A stretch of DNA of 64,000 bases, taken from contig DAOUAM010000028.1 in NCBI GenBank assembly GCA_034433305.1, forward strand, positions 44,699 to 108,698, in the 5' to 3' direction. A model generated the notes under the pieces. It was not told the DNA's origin. It saw only the letters and a list, made by a program, of their open reading frames with translations, and ran no database searches. Numbering within the stretch: position 1 is the stretch's first letter; every line of letters starts with the position of its first letter. The position numbers were made by a program, and so were the translations under genes. Origin of the DNA: Dehalococcoidia bacterium (GTDB lineage Bacteria; Chloroflexota; Dehalococcoidia; Lucifugimonadales; DAOUAM01). Positions 47,163-56,787 of this stretch are shown one piece after another.

Positions 47163-47415
47163 ACCTGGCCCTCTTTCCAGGGTAGAAGGTGATTATCCTG
47201 ATGCCTTCCTACGTCTGCTCATAGACGACGCGCAACACCCTGTCCTCGTCCAGCAGCCTCTGGGCTATCAGCCGCCCGGCATAGCCTGGCACAACCCTGT
47301 CAGGACGCCTGACCGTCGCCTCCACCTGCGCCCTGTCCAGCTTCAGGCCGTGCCGCTCCAGCACCTCGAACTTGTCCAGGGCGTGCTGGCTGAACTGGAT
47401 GGGCGTGTCACTCAT
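47143..47415 (-). pseudogene. DUF4258-family (RelE-like) putative toxin interrupted by an in-frame TAG at codon 69
   Basis: MSDTPIQFSQHALDKF...RVLRVVYEQT-TAG(47211-47209)-EGIRIITFYPGKRARYEQDQV-stop. The part after the TAG supplies the expected ITFYP strand and overlaps the DUF2283 ATG. Confidence 0.75.
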
Positions 47416-47571
47416 AGTCCCATAATAAGCCAAAGGGCGCTGGCGTTGCAGCGAGCCTTACACGTGCCTTCATGAGAATAGGCGTCCTGCCCTCTCTCAC
47501 CTTGCCAAGGTGGATGGAGCATGAACGAGAGGTCGGCACCAGGCCCTCCATGGCTGGGTGGCGGGGTGCCT

Positions 47572-47625
47572 TTGTGGGATTTTTCACTTGCATCCATCCG
47601 TGCCCTGTGCTATATTCACGCGTGA
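47572..47625 (+). promoter_or_regulatory. nuo operon promoter with an overlapping palindromic operator
   Basis: TTGCAT (47588-47593), 17 nt, TATATT (47611-47616); TTGTGGG-ATTT-TTCACTT at 47572-47589; TTCACGCGTGAA at 47614-47625. Confidence 0.6.
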
Positions 47626-47647
47626 ACCGCAATGTCAGGACCAGGCG

Positions 47648-48043
47648 ATGCTTGACGACTATTTCCGGCAGTATGGTCTGATCGCCATCTTCGCGGCGCT
47701 GGCTGTGGCAGTCCCCAGCGGCATGCTGGTAATGTCCTGGCTCCTGTCGCTGGTCAAGGTGCGCCCGCACAAGCCCAGCCCTGTCAAGCTGAGCATCTAC
47801 GAGTGTGGCTTCGAGACCATTGCCGGAAGGTGGAGCAGGTTCAACTTCCGGTACTACACCTTCGCCCTTATCTTCGTGGTCTTTGATGTGGAGGTAGCCT
47901 TCCTGTTCCCCTGGGCCGCGTCCTATGGCGTCCTGTCGGCCCGGTTCGGCGTCTTCGTGCTGCTGGAGATGCTGGTGTTCATTGGCATCCTGGCCATAGC
48001 GTGGCTGTACGCGTGGAAGAAGGGAGCGCTGGAGTGGAGGTAG
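47648..48043 (+). CDS. nuoA: NADH-quinone oxidoreductase subunit A
   Basis: [43 protein letters not shown]; ATG 47648. Confidence 0.96.
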   Translation: MLDDYFRQYGLIAIFAALAVAVPSGMLVMSWLLSLVKVRPHKPSPVKLSIYECGFETIAGRWSRFNFRYYTFALIFVVFDVEVAFLFPWAASYGVLSARFGVFVLLEMLVFIGILAIAWLYAWKKGALEWR

Positions 48044-48045
48044 AA

Positions 48046-48678
48046 ATGGCCCGCGAGACATCCGGGGTCCAGGAGCAGCGTGTGCCGCTGAGCGCCACCA
48101 CGTGGGAGCTGGACAGGGCCGAGGGCAGCGTTATCAACCACCTGCGCGAGACCCACACCGAGGCGCTGGCCGAGCCGCTCATCGAGGTGCCAGACGACCT
48201 GAAGCGCAACCTGGCGGTGACCTCCATAGATGCCCTGGTCAACTGGGGGCGGAAGTCGGCTGTGTGGCCGCTGTCCTTCGGCCTGGCCTGCTGCGCCATC
48301 GAGATGATGGCCAGCGCCATGTCGCGGTTCGATATCTCACGCTTCGGCATGGAGGCCTTCCGGGCCTCGCCCCGCCAGGCCGACCTTATGATAGTGGCAG
48401 GCACAGTGACCTGGAAGATGGCGCCCGCCATCCAGCGCCTGTACGAGCAGATGGCTGACCCCAAGTGGGTCATTTCCATGGGTGTGTGTGCCACCAGCGG
48501 CGGCCCGTACTACGGGTCTTACAGCGTGGTCCCGGGAGTGAACCACATCGTGCCAGTGGACGTGTACGTGCCAGGCTGCCCGCCACGGCCGGACGCGCTG
48601 CTTTATGGCATCATGCAGCTCCACGAGAAGATCAAGCGATACTCCATCGCCAGGAGCAGGGCCACGGGTGCACGATGA
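48046..48678 (+). CDS. nuoB: NADH-quinone oxidoreductase subunit B
   Basis: [40 protein letters not shown]; ATG 48046. Confidence 0.97.
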   Translation: MARETSGVQEQRVPLSATTWELDRAEGSVINHLRETHTEALAEPLIEVPDDLKRNLAVTSIDALVNWGRKSAVWPLSFGLACCAIEMMASAMSRFDISRFGMEAFRASPRQADLMIVAGTVTWKMAPAIQRLYEQMADPKWVISMGVCATSGGPYYGSYSVVPGVNHIVPVDVYVPGCPPRPDALLYGIMQLHEKIKRYSIARSRATGAR

Positions 48679-49118
48679 CTAGGGCGATGGCAGGAGCAGA
48701 GGTAGCCCGCCGTATCAGCGAGGCGTTCCCCAACGCAGTCACAGGCTGGAACGCCACCGACGTTTATATCCAGCCGGAAACGCTGCCCGAGGTGGCCCGC
48801 TTCCTCAAGGAGACCCCTGACCTGGACTTTTCCTTCCTGGTCGCCATTACCGCGGTTGACTATATCGAGTACTTCGAGCTGGTCTATCATCTCAGGTCCC
48901 TGCGCCGCAACCACAGCATCGTGCTCAAGACCCGCTGCCATGGCCGCGATGGGCCGAGCGCCCCATCCCTGGTGAGCCTGTGGCAGGGGGCAGACCTCCA
49001 GGAGCGCGAGGTCTGGGACCTGATGGGCATTCGCTTCGACGGCCATCCCAATATGAAGCGCATCATGCTGTGGGAGGGGTTCCCCGGTCACCCGCTGAGG
49101 AAGGACTTCCTGGAGTAG
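48675..49118 (+). CDS. nuoC: NADH-quinone oxidoreductase subunit C
   Basis: [32 protein letters not shown]; ATGA overlap at 48675. Confidence 0.95.
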   Translation: MTRAMAGAEVARRISEAFPNAVTGWNATDVYIQPETLPEVARFLKETPDLDFSFLVAITAVDYIEYFELVYHLRSLRRNHSIVLKTRCHGRDGPSAPSLVSLWQGADLQEREVWDLMGIRFDGHPNMKRIMLWEGFPGHPLRKDFLE

Positions 49119-49119
49119 C

Positions 49120-50223
49120 ATGCCGATACGCACGGAGCCAATCACCATCAACCTGGGGCCACAGCACCCCAGCACCCACGGGGTGTTCAGGCTGCGCGTC
49201 ACCTTTGACGGCGAGGTCATTGTGGACGCGGAGCCAGTCTTTGGCTACCTGCACCGGGGGACGGAGAAGCTGGCCGAGTCGCGTACTTACGTCCAGTGCG
49301 TGACCCTCACCGACAGGCTGGACTACATAGCGGCCATGACCAACAACCAGGCGTACTGCCTGGCGGTGGAGAAGCTGGCGGGTATCGAGGTCCCTGAGCG
49401 GGCCATGTACCTGCGGGTCATAGGGGCAGAGCTGCAGCGCATCGCCAGCCACCTGATATCCACCGGCTTCCTGCTCCAGGAGCTTGGGGCCTTCGCCACA
49501 CCCCTGATGTACTGCTTCCGGGAGCGCGAGCGCATCCTGGACCTGTTCGAGATGCTGTGCGGCGCCCGCATCACCCTTAGCTACATGCGACCCGGAGGCG
49601 TCTTCCAGGACGCGCCGGAGGACTTCTGGCCGGCCGTCAATAAGCTGGTGGCCGAGATGCCACTGTACCTGGACGAACTGGAGGGCCTTATCACCACCAA
49701 CGAGGTGGTGCTGGCCAGGACCAGGAACGTGGGCATCCTGAAGCCGGAGCAGGCCATCAATGCCTCGGTGACTGGCCCTATGCTCAGGGCCACCGGCGTC
49801 CAGTGGGACCTGCGCAAGGCCCACCCCTACGAGGTCTACGACCGCCTGGAGTTCGACGTGCCCATAGGGGCAACAGGCGACACCTTCGACCGCTACTCGG
49901 TGCGCATCAGAGAGATGCGCGAGAGCGTGAAGCTCGTGAAACAGTGCGTTGAGCAGATACCGGGAGGGCCAGTCCGGGCCGAGACGCCCTTCTTCATCAG
50001 GCCGCCCACGGGCGATGCCTACGCGGCGGTGGAGTCGCCCAAGGGAGAGCTGGGCTTCTACCTGGTCAGCGACAGGGGTGTGTCCCCTTACAGGCTCAAG
50101 ATACGCGCGCCCTCCTTCATTAACCTCACTGTGCTGCGGGACATGCTCATAGGCTGGAAGATGTCCGACCTCATCATTATTTTCGGCAGCTTTGACATAG
50201 TGATGGGGGAGGTGGACAGGTAG
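49120..50223 (+). CDS. nuoD: NADH-quinone oxidoreductase subunit D
   Basis: NLGPQHPSTHGV, GYLHRGTEK, DRLDY, ESPKGE, DIVMGEVDR; no hydrogenase Ni-binding CxxC motifs. Confidence 0.97.
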   Translation: MPIRTEPITINLGPQHPSTHGVFRLRVTFDGEVIVDAEPVFGYLHRGTEKLAESRTYVQCVTLTDRLDYIAAMTNNQAYCLAVEKLAGIEVPERAMYLRVIGAELQRIASHLISTGFLLQELGAFATPLMYCFRERERILDLFEMLCGARITLSYMRPGGVFQDAPEDFWPAVNKLVAEMPLYLDELEGLITTNEVVLARTRNVGILKPEQAINASVTGPMLRATGVQWDLRKAHPYEVYDRLEFDVPIGATGDTFDRYSVRIREMRESVKLVKQCVEQIPGGPVRAETPFFIRPPTGDAYAAVESPKGELGFYLVSDRGVSPYRLKIRAPSFINLTVLRDMLIGWKMSDLIIIFGSFDIVMGEVDR

Positions 50224-50224
50224 C

Positions 50225-51436
50225 ATGTGCTCTGAGCTTAACGGCGGCTTTTTCCACTTCTGCAATATATACCGCTTCTTTGACGCGCCGCTGCCGAATG
50301 GCCTGCACTGGCTGGCCTACGCGCTGGCCGGCTTCTCACTGGCCTTTATCGTGATCAACGTATACGTCATGAGCGTGGCCCTCTATGTGTGGTTCGAGCG
50401 CAGGGCCATAGGCCGCTTCCAGTCCCGCCTGGGGCCTAACCGCTGGGGGCCTTTCGGCCTGTTACAGCCCTTCGCCGACATCATCAAGCTCATCACCAAA
50501 GAGGACATTGTGCCCGAGGGAGCCGACAGGCCGGTCTTCAACCTGGCCCCTGTCCTGTTCCTGGCACCGTCCTTTGTGGTGGTTTCTATCATCCCCTTCG
50601 GCCAGAACAGCTTCCTGGGCAGGCTGAACATTGGCGTGCTGTTCCTCATCGCGGTGACCTCGGTGAACACCATCGCTGTGTTCATGGCCGGGTGGTCGTC
50701 CCGCAACAAGTATGGGCTGCTGGGCGCCATGAGAGGCGTCGCCATGCTCATCAGCTACGAGGTACCCATGGGGCTGGCCCTGGCCGGCGTGCTGCTGACG
50801 GCCGGCTCCCTGGCGTTGTTCCAGGTGGTGCAAAGCCAGCACGTGCCCTTCTTGCTGGTCCAGCCCCTGGCATTCCTGGTATTTGTGGCCGCCGCCTCGG
50901 CGGAGATGAACCGGACGCCCTTCGACCAGATCGAAGCCGAATCGGAGTTGGGCGCGGGCTACCACACCGAGTACAGCGGTATGAAGTTCGCCATATTCCA
51001 GCTTGCCGAGTTCCTGGCGCCTGTGGTGACGTCGGTGGTGGCCACGACGGTGTTCCTGAGCGGCTGGCGCGGCTTCTGGCCCATTCCAGGCCAGCTCTGG
51101 TTCCTGGCCAAGGTGTTCCTGGTGCTCTTTGTCCTGGTCTGGGTGAGGTCTACGTGGCCCAGGCTCAGGGTGGACCAGATCATGGGCTTTGCCTGGAAGG
51201 GCCTGTTCCCCCTGGCCGTGGTGAACCTGTTCGTGCTGGCCGCCGAGGTCCTGCTGCTCAAGGACCCGGCCACCGGCAGGCTTACAGCCGGCGACCTGTG
51301 GCTGATGGCGGCCATTAACTGGGCGGTGGCCCTGGCCAGCATAGTTGTGATAGCCAATATACTGGGACAGCGCCGAATACAGCCTCAGACGCCTGTGCCT
51401 TCGCCGCTGGCCAGCATGCAGGCGGAGGCGGACTAG
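50225..51436 (+). CDS. nuoH: NADH-quinone oxidoreductase subunit H
   Basis: ERRAIGRFQSRLGPN, GLLQPFADIIKL, ISYEVP, AEMNRTPFD..EAESEL, TEYSG. Confidence 0.96.
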   Translation: MCSELNGGFFHFCNIYRFFDAPLPNGLHWLAYALAGFSLAFIVINVYVMSVALYVWFERRAIGRFQSRLGPNRWGPFGLLQPFADIIKLITKEDIVPEGADRPVFNLAPVLFLAPSFVVVSIIPFGQNSFLGRLNIGVLFLIAVTSVNTIAVFMAGWSSRNKYGLLGAMRGVAMLISYEVPMGLALAGVLLTAGSLALFQVVQSQHVPFLLVQPLAFLVFVAAASAEMNRTPFDQIEAESELGAGYHTEYSGMKFAIFQLAEFLAPVVTSVVATTVFLSGWRGFWPIPGQLWFLAKVFLVLFVLVWVRSTWPRLRVDQIMGFAWKGLFPLAVVNLFVLAAEVLLLKDPATGRLTAGDLWLMAAINWAVALASIVVIANILGQRRIQPQTPVPSPLASMQAEAD

Positions 51437-51437
51437 C

Positions 51438-52109
51438 ATGTACGGACTGGGCATGGCCAAGGGGCTGGCGGTCACCCTCAAGAACATGGTGCTGCCCAGC
51501 CGGATGTTTACCCTGCACCAGTACCCCGACCGCAGGGTCGGGCCGCTGGAGTTGGCCAAAGAGTCGGGCAGCAACGTACTGGTGTACACGCTGAGGAACC
51601 CCGGCAAGGCGCTGAAGGCCGTCCTGGGCCTGGTGACGGTGCCTGACAGGTTCCCGCAGCACCCCAGGTTCCGTGGGGAGGAGTTTAGCTGGTACGAGGA
51701 GCGCTGCACGGGCTGCGCTAGCTGCGCCAAGTACTGCCCCCTGGGCATCATACGCATCGTGACGCACCCCAGCGGCGAGGCCAGGCCGGAGGGGGAGCAC
51801 TACTCCATAGATGTCTTTGACATTGACATCGGGAGGTGCATGTTCTGCGGCCTGTGCGTGGAAGCCTGTCCATACGACGCCCTGCACATGGGCAGCGGCT
51901 TCGAGGAGGGCCGGTACTCCCGCCGCGACCTGGTCATATCGGCGGACAGGCTGCGGGCCGCGCCCAAGCGCCCCAGCACCTGGTTCAGGCCCCAGATGGA
52001 GAAGAAAGGGTACAGCCCGCGCCAGGGGGAGGCCCTGGGGTGGGCGGACGTGGGCCGGGTGGACCAGCCTACCCTGGACGACATGGAGGACAGGTGGGCC
52101 AAGCGATGA
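51438..52109 (+). CDS. nuoI: NADH-quinone oxidoreductase subunit I (2x[4Fe-4S])
   Basis: CTGCASCAKYCP and CMFCGLCVEACP; long insertion between QYP and RFRG. Confidence 0.95.
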   Translation: MYGLGMAKGLAVTLKNMVLPSRMFTLHQYPDRRVGPLELAKESGSNVLVYTLRNPGKALKAVLGLVTVPDRFPQHPRFRGEEFSWYEERCTGCASCAKYCPLGIIRIVTHPSGEARPEGEHYSIDVFDIDIGRCMFCGLCVEACPYDALHMGSGFEEGRYSRRDLVISADRLRAAPKRPSTWFRPQMEKKGYSPRQGEALGWADVGRVDQPTLDDMEDRWAKR

Positions 52110-52669
52110 GCACAGGGATCGAGTCGTCCCTCTTCATGGACATTGTGTTCTGGGTAATAGCGGCGGCGACCATAGTGTCGGCCATAGCCGTGGTCCAGCT
52201 ACGCAACCTGTTCCGGGCGGCGCTGTTCCTGGTGGTGACCCTGCTGGGCGTGGCGGGCATGTTCGTCCTGCTGCGGGCCGAGTTCCTGGCGGCCATCCAG
52301 GTGCTCATCTACGTGGGCGCCATCTCGGTCCTCATCATCTTCGCCATCCTGATGACCGCTGACGTGGACGAGGGCAGCCCTTATAACCGGCTGCGCATAC
52401 CCGCCGGCGTGGTGGCCGGGCTGTTCCTGGCGGCGGCCATTTTTGTCATAATTAACACCCAGTGGCAGATAATAGACGACGCCAGCTTCCTGAGGAACGC
52501 CCAGGGGGAACTTACCCAGGTGGGCCAGAGCGTGGCCGACGTCTTCTCCAACACGGTGCCCAGGCTGGCCAGCCTGCTGCTGCGGGACTACGTGCTGGCC
52601 TTCGAGATAGCTTCGGTGCTGCTGCTTGCGGCGGTGATCGGGGCGCTGGCCCTGATTCGAGAGAGGTGA
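52106..52669 (+). CDS. nuoJ: NADH-quinone oxidoreductase subunit J
   Basis: AEFLAAIQVLIYVGAISVLIIFAILMT, YVLAFEIASVLLLAAVIGA; ATG 52106. Confidence 0.95.
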   Translation: MSTGIESSLFMDIVFWVIAAATIVSAIAVVQLRNLFRAALFLVVTLLGVAGMFVLLRAEFLAAIQVLIYVGAISVLIIFAILMTADVDEGSPYNRLRIPAGVVAGLFLAAAIFVIINTQWQIIDDASFLRNAQGELTQVGQSVADVFSNTVPRLASLLLRDYVLAFEIASVLLLAAVIGALALIRER

Positions 52670-52673
52670 TGCC

Positions 52674-53027
52674 TTGGGCCTGGAGAGCTTCCTCATAGTC
52701 GCGGCGGTGCTCTTCGCCATCGGCCTGTACGGGGCGCTGAGCAAGCGCAATGCCATCACGGTGCTCATGTCCATAGAGCTGATGTTCAACGCCGTCAACG
52801 TCACGGCGGTGGCCCTGTCCAGGTACATCGTGCCCGCCGGGCTGGGGCGTGACCCCGCCGCGGCCACCGACCAGGTGGTCCAGTTCCTGCTGACGGGCCA
52901 GGTCTTCGCCATTTTCATCATCACCGTAGCGGCCGCCGAGGTGGCCCTGGGCCTGGCCATCATCATGGCCATCTACCGCCACCGGGAGTCGGTCTTCGTG
53001 ACCGAGGCCAGCGAGATGAGGAACTAG
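52674..53027 (+). CDS. nuoK: NADH-quinone oxidoreductase subunit K
   Basis: LMSIELMFNAVN, VAAAEVALGLAI; TTG start. Confidence 0.95.
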   Translation: MGLESFLIVAAVLFAIGLYGALSKRNAITVLMSIELMFNAVNVTAVALSRYIVPAGLGRDPAAATDQVVQFLLTGQVFAIFIITVAAAEVALGLAIIMAIYRHRESVFVTEASEMRN

Positions 53028-53030
53028 CCC

Positions 53031-53228
53031 ATGGCGTGGTTGGAATACCGCAAGGTGCCCAACCTGATAACCGCCGAGATGTGGAAGGACGCCCTGGAGG
53101 CCGAGGGCCTGCCCACCAGGATACTGCCAGAGGGCGACGTGCTGCGCTGGGGCGAGCGCGTGCCGTTCCGGGTGCTGGTCCCCAAAGGACGCGAGCACGT
53201 GGCCGACGAGATACTGAGGAAGCTGTAG
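53031..53228 (+). CDS. Small DUF2007-like (PII-fold-like putative signal-transducing) protein inside the nuo operon
   Basis: 65 aa; AEMWKDALEAEGLP...FRVLVP..REHVADEIL pattern; 3 nt after the nuoK stop and abutting the nuoL ATG. Confidence 0.7.
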   Translation: MAWLEYRKVPNLITAEMWKDALEAEGLPTRILPEGDVLRWGERVPFRVLVPKGREHVADEILRKL

Positions 53229-55226
53229 ATGCTGCTTATTACCGAGCTAGGCGTCTGGCTCATTTTCCTGCTGCCCCTCGGCTCTTTTGTCGCCATTTCC
53301 TTCATCGTCAGGCCCTTCCTCAACCGCTACTCCCGTTTCGCGGCCTACCTGACCATTCTTGCCATCCTCCTGTCCCTGGTGCTGGCGTGCATAGCCCTGG
53401 CCAGCGTGATAAATGTCGAGGGCGAGAGCGTCGCCGCTGCCCAGGACAGCACCTGGTCCCACTCCTGGCTGCGGATTGGCGACGACTTCGACCTCAGGAT
53501 AGGCGTCCTGCTGGACCCGCTGACGGCCATCATGCTGGTGGTGGTCTCCAGCATAAGCCTCCTGGTGCAGATTTACTCCATCGGCTACATGAGGAGCGAG
53601 GAGTACTCGCGCTACTACGCCTACATGTCGCTCTTCACGGCGTCCATGCTGGGGCTGGTGATTTCCAGCAACGTCATCCAGCTCTTCGTGTTCTGGGAGC
53701 TGGTGGGCCTGTGCTCCTACCTGCTCATCGGGTTCTGGTACCACCGGCCCAGCGCAGCGGCGGCAGCCAAAAAGGCCTTCATTGTCACCCGCCTGGGCGA
53801 CTTCGGTTTCCTGCTGGCCATCATGTACCTGTTCTTCAATGCCGACAGGTTCGCCGCCGAGGGCCTGGACCCCTTCGTGATAGAGGACATTTACCGGGCG
53901 GTGGCCGTCGGAGGCGTGGTAACCTCCAGCGTGGCCATGTGGCTGGCCGTGGGCATATTCTCCGGCGCTGTGGGCAAGTCGGCCCAGTTCCCGCTGCATA
54001 CCTGGTTGCCCGACGCCATGGAAGGCCCCACGCCGGTCAGCGCCCTCATCCATGCGGCGACCATGGTGGCCGCCGGCGTATTCCTGGTGGCCCGCTTCTT
54101 CCCCGTGTTTGAAGCGTCCCAAGTAGCCATGAACACGGTGGCCCTGATTGGCGGCTTCACCGCCATATTCGCCGCCTCCATGGGCCTGGTCATGACCGAC
54201 ATCAAGCGGGTACTGGCGTACTCCACCGTAAGCCAGCTCGGGTACATGATGCTGGCCCTGGGCGTGGGCGCTTACGGTGCCGCCATCTTCCACCTGTTCA
54301 CCCACGCCTTCTTCAAGGCGCTGCTGTTCCTGGGCTCGGGCAGCGTCAGCCACGCCACGGGCACCTTCGACATGCGCCAGATGGGCGGGCTGCGCCGTCA
54401 CATGCCCTGGACCTACGCCACCTTCCTGGTCGGCGGGCTGAGCCTGGCCGGCATATTCCCCTTGGCTGGCTTCTGGAGCAAGGACGAGATACTGACCCAC
54501 GCCTGGGGGGCTGGCAGCGCAGCGGGCCAGGCCGTTTTCTGGATGGGCCTGGTGGCCGCCTTCATGACGGCCTTCTACGTGTTCCGGGCGCTATTCCTGA
54601 CATTCGAGGGCGAGTCCCGGGTAGGGGGGCACCCTGAGCACACCCAGGCCGGCCACCACAACGGCGGCCCGCACCTGGCCGAATCGCCGGCCGTCATGCT
54701 GGTCCCTCTGGTGGTGCTGGCGGTGCCTTCGCTGGTGGCCGGGTTCCTGGCCAACCCGGTAGTGGACCTGGGCTTCGTGCCGGCGCACTGGATGACCGAG
54801 TTCCTGGCCGGCGGGCCGGTGGAGATGGAGGCCGAGCCGTTCGACCTGCGCATGGGCATCGTGTCCACCATCGTGGCCCTGGGGGGCATAGCCCTGGCCT
54901 ACCTCATGTATGGCACCCGGAAGGTGTCGCCGGAGGCCCTGGGGGAGCGCCTGAAGCCCCTCTACAGGCTGGTATTCAACAAGTACTACGTGGACGAAAT
55001 CTACGAGGGCATCCTGACGGTAAGGGTGTTCTATCGGGGCGTTGCCAATGTGCTGGACTGGATTGACAAGGCCGTGGTGGACAACGTGTACGACGGCATA
55101 GCCTGGTTCGGACGCGGCATAGGCCGGGCAGTGGGCAAGCTCCAGACGGGGCAGCTCCAGGGCTACGGCGTGGCCATATCCATAGGTATCCTGGTAATCT
55201 TCGGAATCTATCTCTTCTTCCGATAG
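53229..55226 (+). CDS. nuoL: NADH-quinone oxidoreductase subunit L
   Basis: FWELVGLCSYLLIGFW, KSAQFPLHTWLPDAMEGPTPVSALIHAATMV, HAFFKALLFL, C-terminal QTGQLQGY. Confidence 0.97.
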   Translation: MLLITELGVWLIFLLPLGSFVAISFIVRPFLNRYSRFAAYLTILAILLSLVLACIALASVINVEGESVAAAQDSTWSHSWLRIGDDFDLRIGVLLDPLTAIMLVVVSSISLLVQIYSIGYMRSEEYSRYYAYMSLFTASMLGLVISSNVIQLFVFWELVGLCSYLLIGFWYHRPSAAAAAKKAFIVTRLGDFGFLLAIMYLFFNADRFAAEGLDPFVIEDIYRAVAVGGVVTSSVAMWLAVGIFSGAVGKSAQFPLHTWLPDAMEGPTPVSALIHAATMVAAGVFLVARFFPVFEASQVAMNTVALIGGFTAIFAASMGLVMTDIKRVLAYSTVSQLGYMMLALGVGAYGAAIFHLFTHAFFKALLFLGSGSVSHATGTFDMRQMGGLRRHMPWTYATFLVGGLSLAGIFPLAGFWSKDEILTHAWGAGSAAGQAVFWMGLVAAFMTAFYVFRALFLTFEGESRVGGHPEHTQAGHHNGGPHLAESPAVMLVPLVVLAVPSLVAGFLANPVVDLGFVPAHWMTEFLAGGPVEMEAEPFDLRMGIVSTIVALGGIALAYLMYGTRKVSPEALGERLKPLYRLVFNKYYVDEIYEGILTVRVFYRGVANVLDWIDKAVVDNVYDGIAWFGRGIGRAVGKLQTGQLQGYGVAISIGILVIFGIYLFFR

Positions 55227-55238
55227 CGGGGGCGAGCC

Positions 55239-56759
55239 TTGCAGTTCTCAGGATTGCTGACCGCGACAGTCTTCCTGCCTCTGGTGGGGGCCATGGTCAT
55301 CGCCCTGCTGGTGCGGGGTGACCGGGCCATACGCTTCTTCGCCGGTGCCGTCTCGCTGGCGACGCTGGCGCTGAGCATCGTCGTTTTCACCAGCTACGAC
55401 ACACGGGCCGGCGGCGTGCAACTGGTGGACAGGGTGGAGGACTGGATACCCTTCGTGGGCACGCTCCAGGTGCAGTACTTCCTGGGCGTGGACGGGCTCA
55501 GCGCGCCCCTGGTGCTGCTGACGGGGCTGCTGGGCGCGGTGGCCGTGTTCGCATCCTGGGGCGTGACGCTGCGCGTGAGGGAGTACTTCGTCTGGCTGCT
55601 GGCCCTCCAGACGGCGGTGATGGGCGTGTTCACGGCACTGGACTTCATCCTGTTCTTCCTCCTGTGGGAGCTGGAGCTGGTGCCCATGTTCTTCCTTATC
55701 TCCGTCTGGGGCAGTGGCCGCCGAGAGTACTCGGCTATGAAGTTCCTGATTTTCACCTTCGTCGGCAGCGCCTTCATGCTGGTGGGAATCCTGGCCCTGT
55801 TCTTCTCCACCGGCACCTTCGACATGACCGAGCTACCCGACGCCATTCAGCGGAGCAGCCTGGTGCTGCCGGTGGGGCTGGTCTTCACACTGCTGTTCAT
55901 CGCCTTCGCCATCAAGCTGCCCGTGTGGCCGCTGCACACCTGGCTCCCCGACGCCCACACCGACGCGCCCACGGCGGCGAGCATCATGCTGGCCGGCGTG
56001 CTGCTGAAGATGGGCGGCTACGGCATGATACGCATATCGGCGGCCATGTTCCCCAGTGTAATAGCTGACATAGCCTGGCTGCTGGCCCTGGCCGGCGTCA
56101 TCAACGTGCTCTATGGCGCCGTGGTGACGCTGCGCCAGACGGACCTGAAGCGTCTCATAGCCTTCAGCAGCATCAGCCACATGGGCTATGTGCTGGTGGG
56201 CCTGGCGTCGGTGGCCGGCGTGGGCGGGTTCGTGTCGTCGGTAGGGCTGACGGGCGCCTCGCTCCAGATGTTCACCCACGGCACCATCACGGGGCTGCTG
56301 TTCCTGATGGTGGGGCTGATTTACGAGAAGGCCCATACGCGATATATCCCGGACCTGGGCGGGCTGGCGACGCGCATGCCCCTGGTGGCCACCGCCTTCC
56401 TGCTGGCGGGCCTGGCGTCGCTGGGGCTGCCTGGCACCAGCGGCTTCGTCTCGGAGATACTGGTGTTCCTGGGCACCTTCAGGGTATGGAGCTGGGCGAC
56501 AGCGCTGAGCGCCTTCGGCGTCGTGCTAACGGCCGGCTACATCCTGTGGATGATGCAGCGGACGCTATTTGGCCCTGGCAAGGAGCGGTTCCAGCACATC
56601 GCCGACGCCACCAGGCTGGAGATGCTGCCAGTGGCCGCGCTGGTGATAGCCATCCTGGTGGTGGGCATCTACCCCGCCTTGATTTCAGACGTGTTCGCCA
56701 ACGGCGTCGGGCCTGTGGTGGAGTCCCTGCAAAACGTCGCCCAGGCGCGGCTGAGGTAA
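55239..56759 (+). CDS. nuoM: NADH-quinone oxidoreductase subunit M
   Basis: GVDGLS, WELELVPM, KLPVWPLHTWLPDAHTDAPT, LLKMGGYG, LPGTSGFVSE; TTG start. Confidence 0.97.
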   Translation: MQFSGLLTATVFLPLVGAMVIALLVRGDRAIRFFAGAVSLATLALSIVVFTSYDTRAGGVQLVDRVEDWIPFVGTLQVQYFLGVDGLSAPLVLLTGLLGAVAVFASWGVTLRVREYFVWLLALQTAVMGVFTALDFILFFLLWELELVPMFFLISVWGSGRREYSAMKFLIFTFVGSAFMLVGILALFFSTGTFDMTELPDAIQRSSLVLPVGLVFTLLFIAFAIKLPVWPLHTWLPDAHTDAPTAASIMLAGVLLKMGGYGMIRISAAMFPSVIADIAWLLALAGVINVLYGAVVTLRQTDLKRLIAFSSISHMGYVLVGLASVAGVGGFVSSVGLTGASLQMFTHGTITGLLFLMVGLIYEKAHTRYIPDLGGLATRMPLVATAFLLAGLASLGLPGTSGFVSEILVFLGTFRVWSWATALSAFGVVLTAGYILWMMQRTLFGPGKERFQHIADATRLEMLPVAALVIAILVVGIYPALISDVFANGVGPVVESLQNVAQARLR

Positions 56760-56787
56760 GCTTCAGAGGGACAAAGGTCCTGGCTAT

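Noticed and set aside
47209-47211. Pyrrolysine or genome-wide amber recoding as the explanation for the in-frame TAG
   Set aside because: TAG ends most genes in the window at their expected C-termini, and no pyl genes are visible.
49120-50223. NuoD-like subunit as the large subunit of a group 4 [NiFe] hydrogenase
   Set aside because: It lacks both N- and C-terminal CxxC Ni-binding motifs and has the NuoD-type DRLDY and GEVDR.
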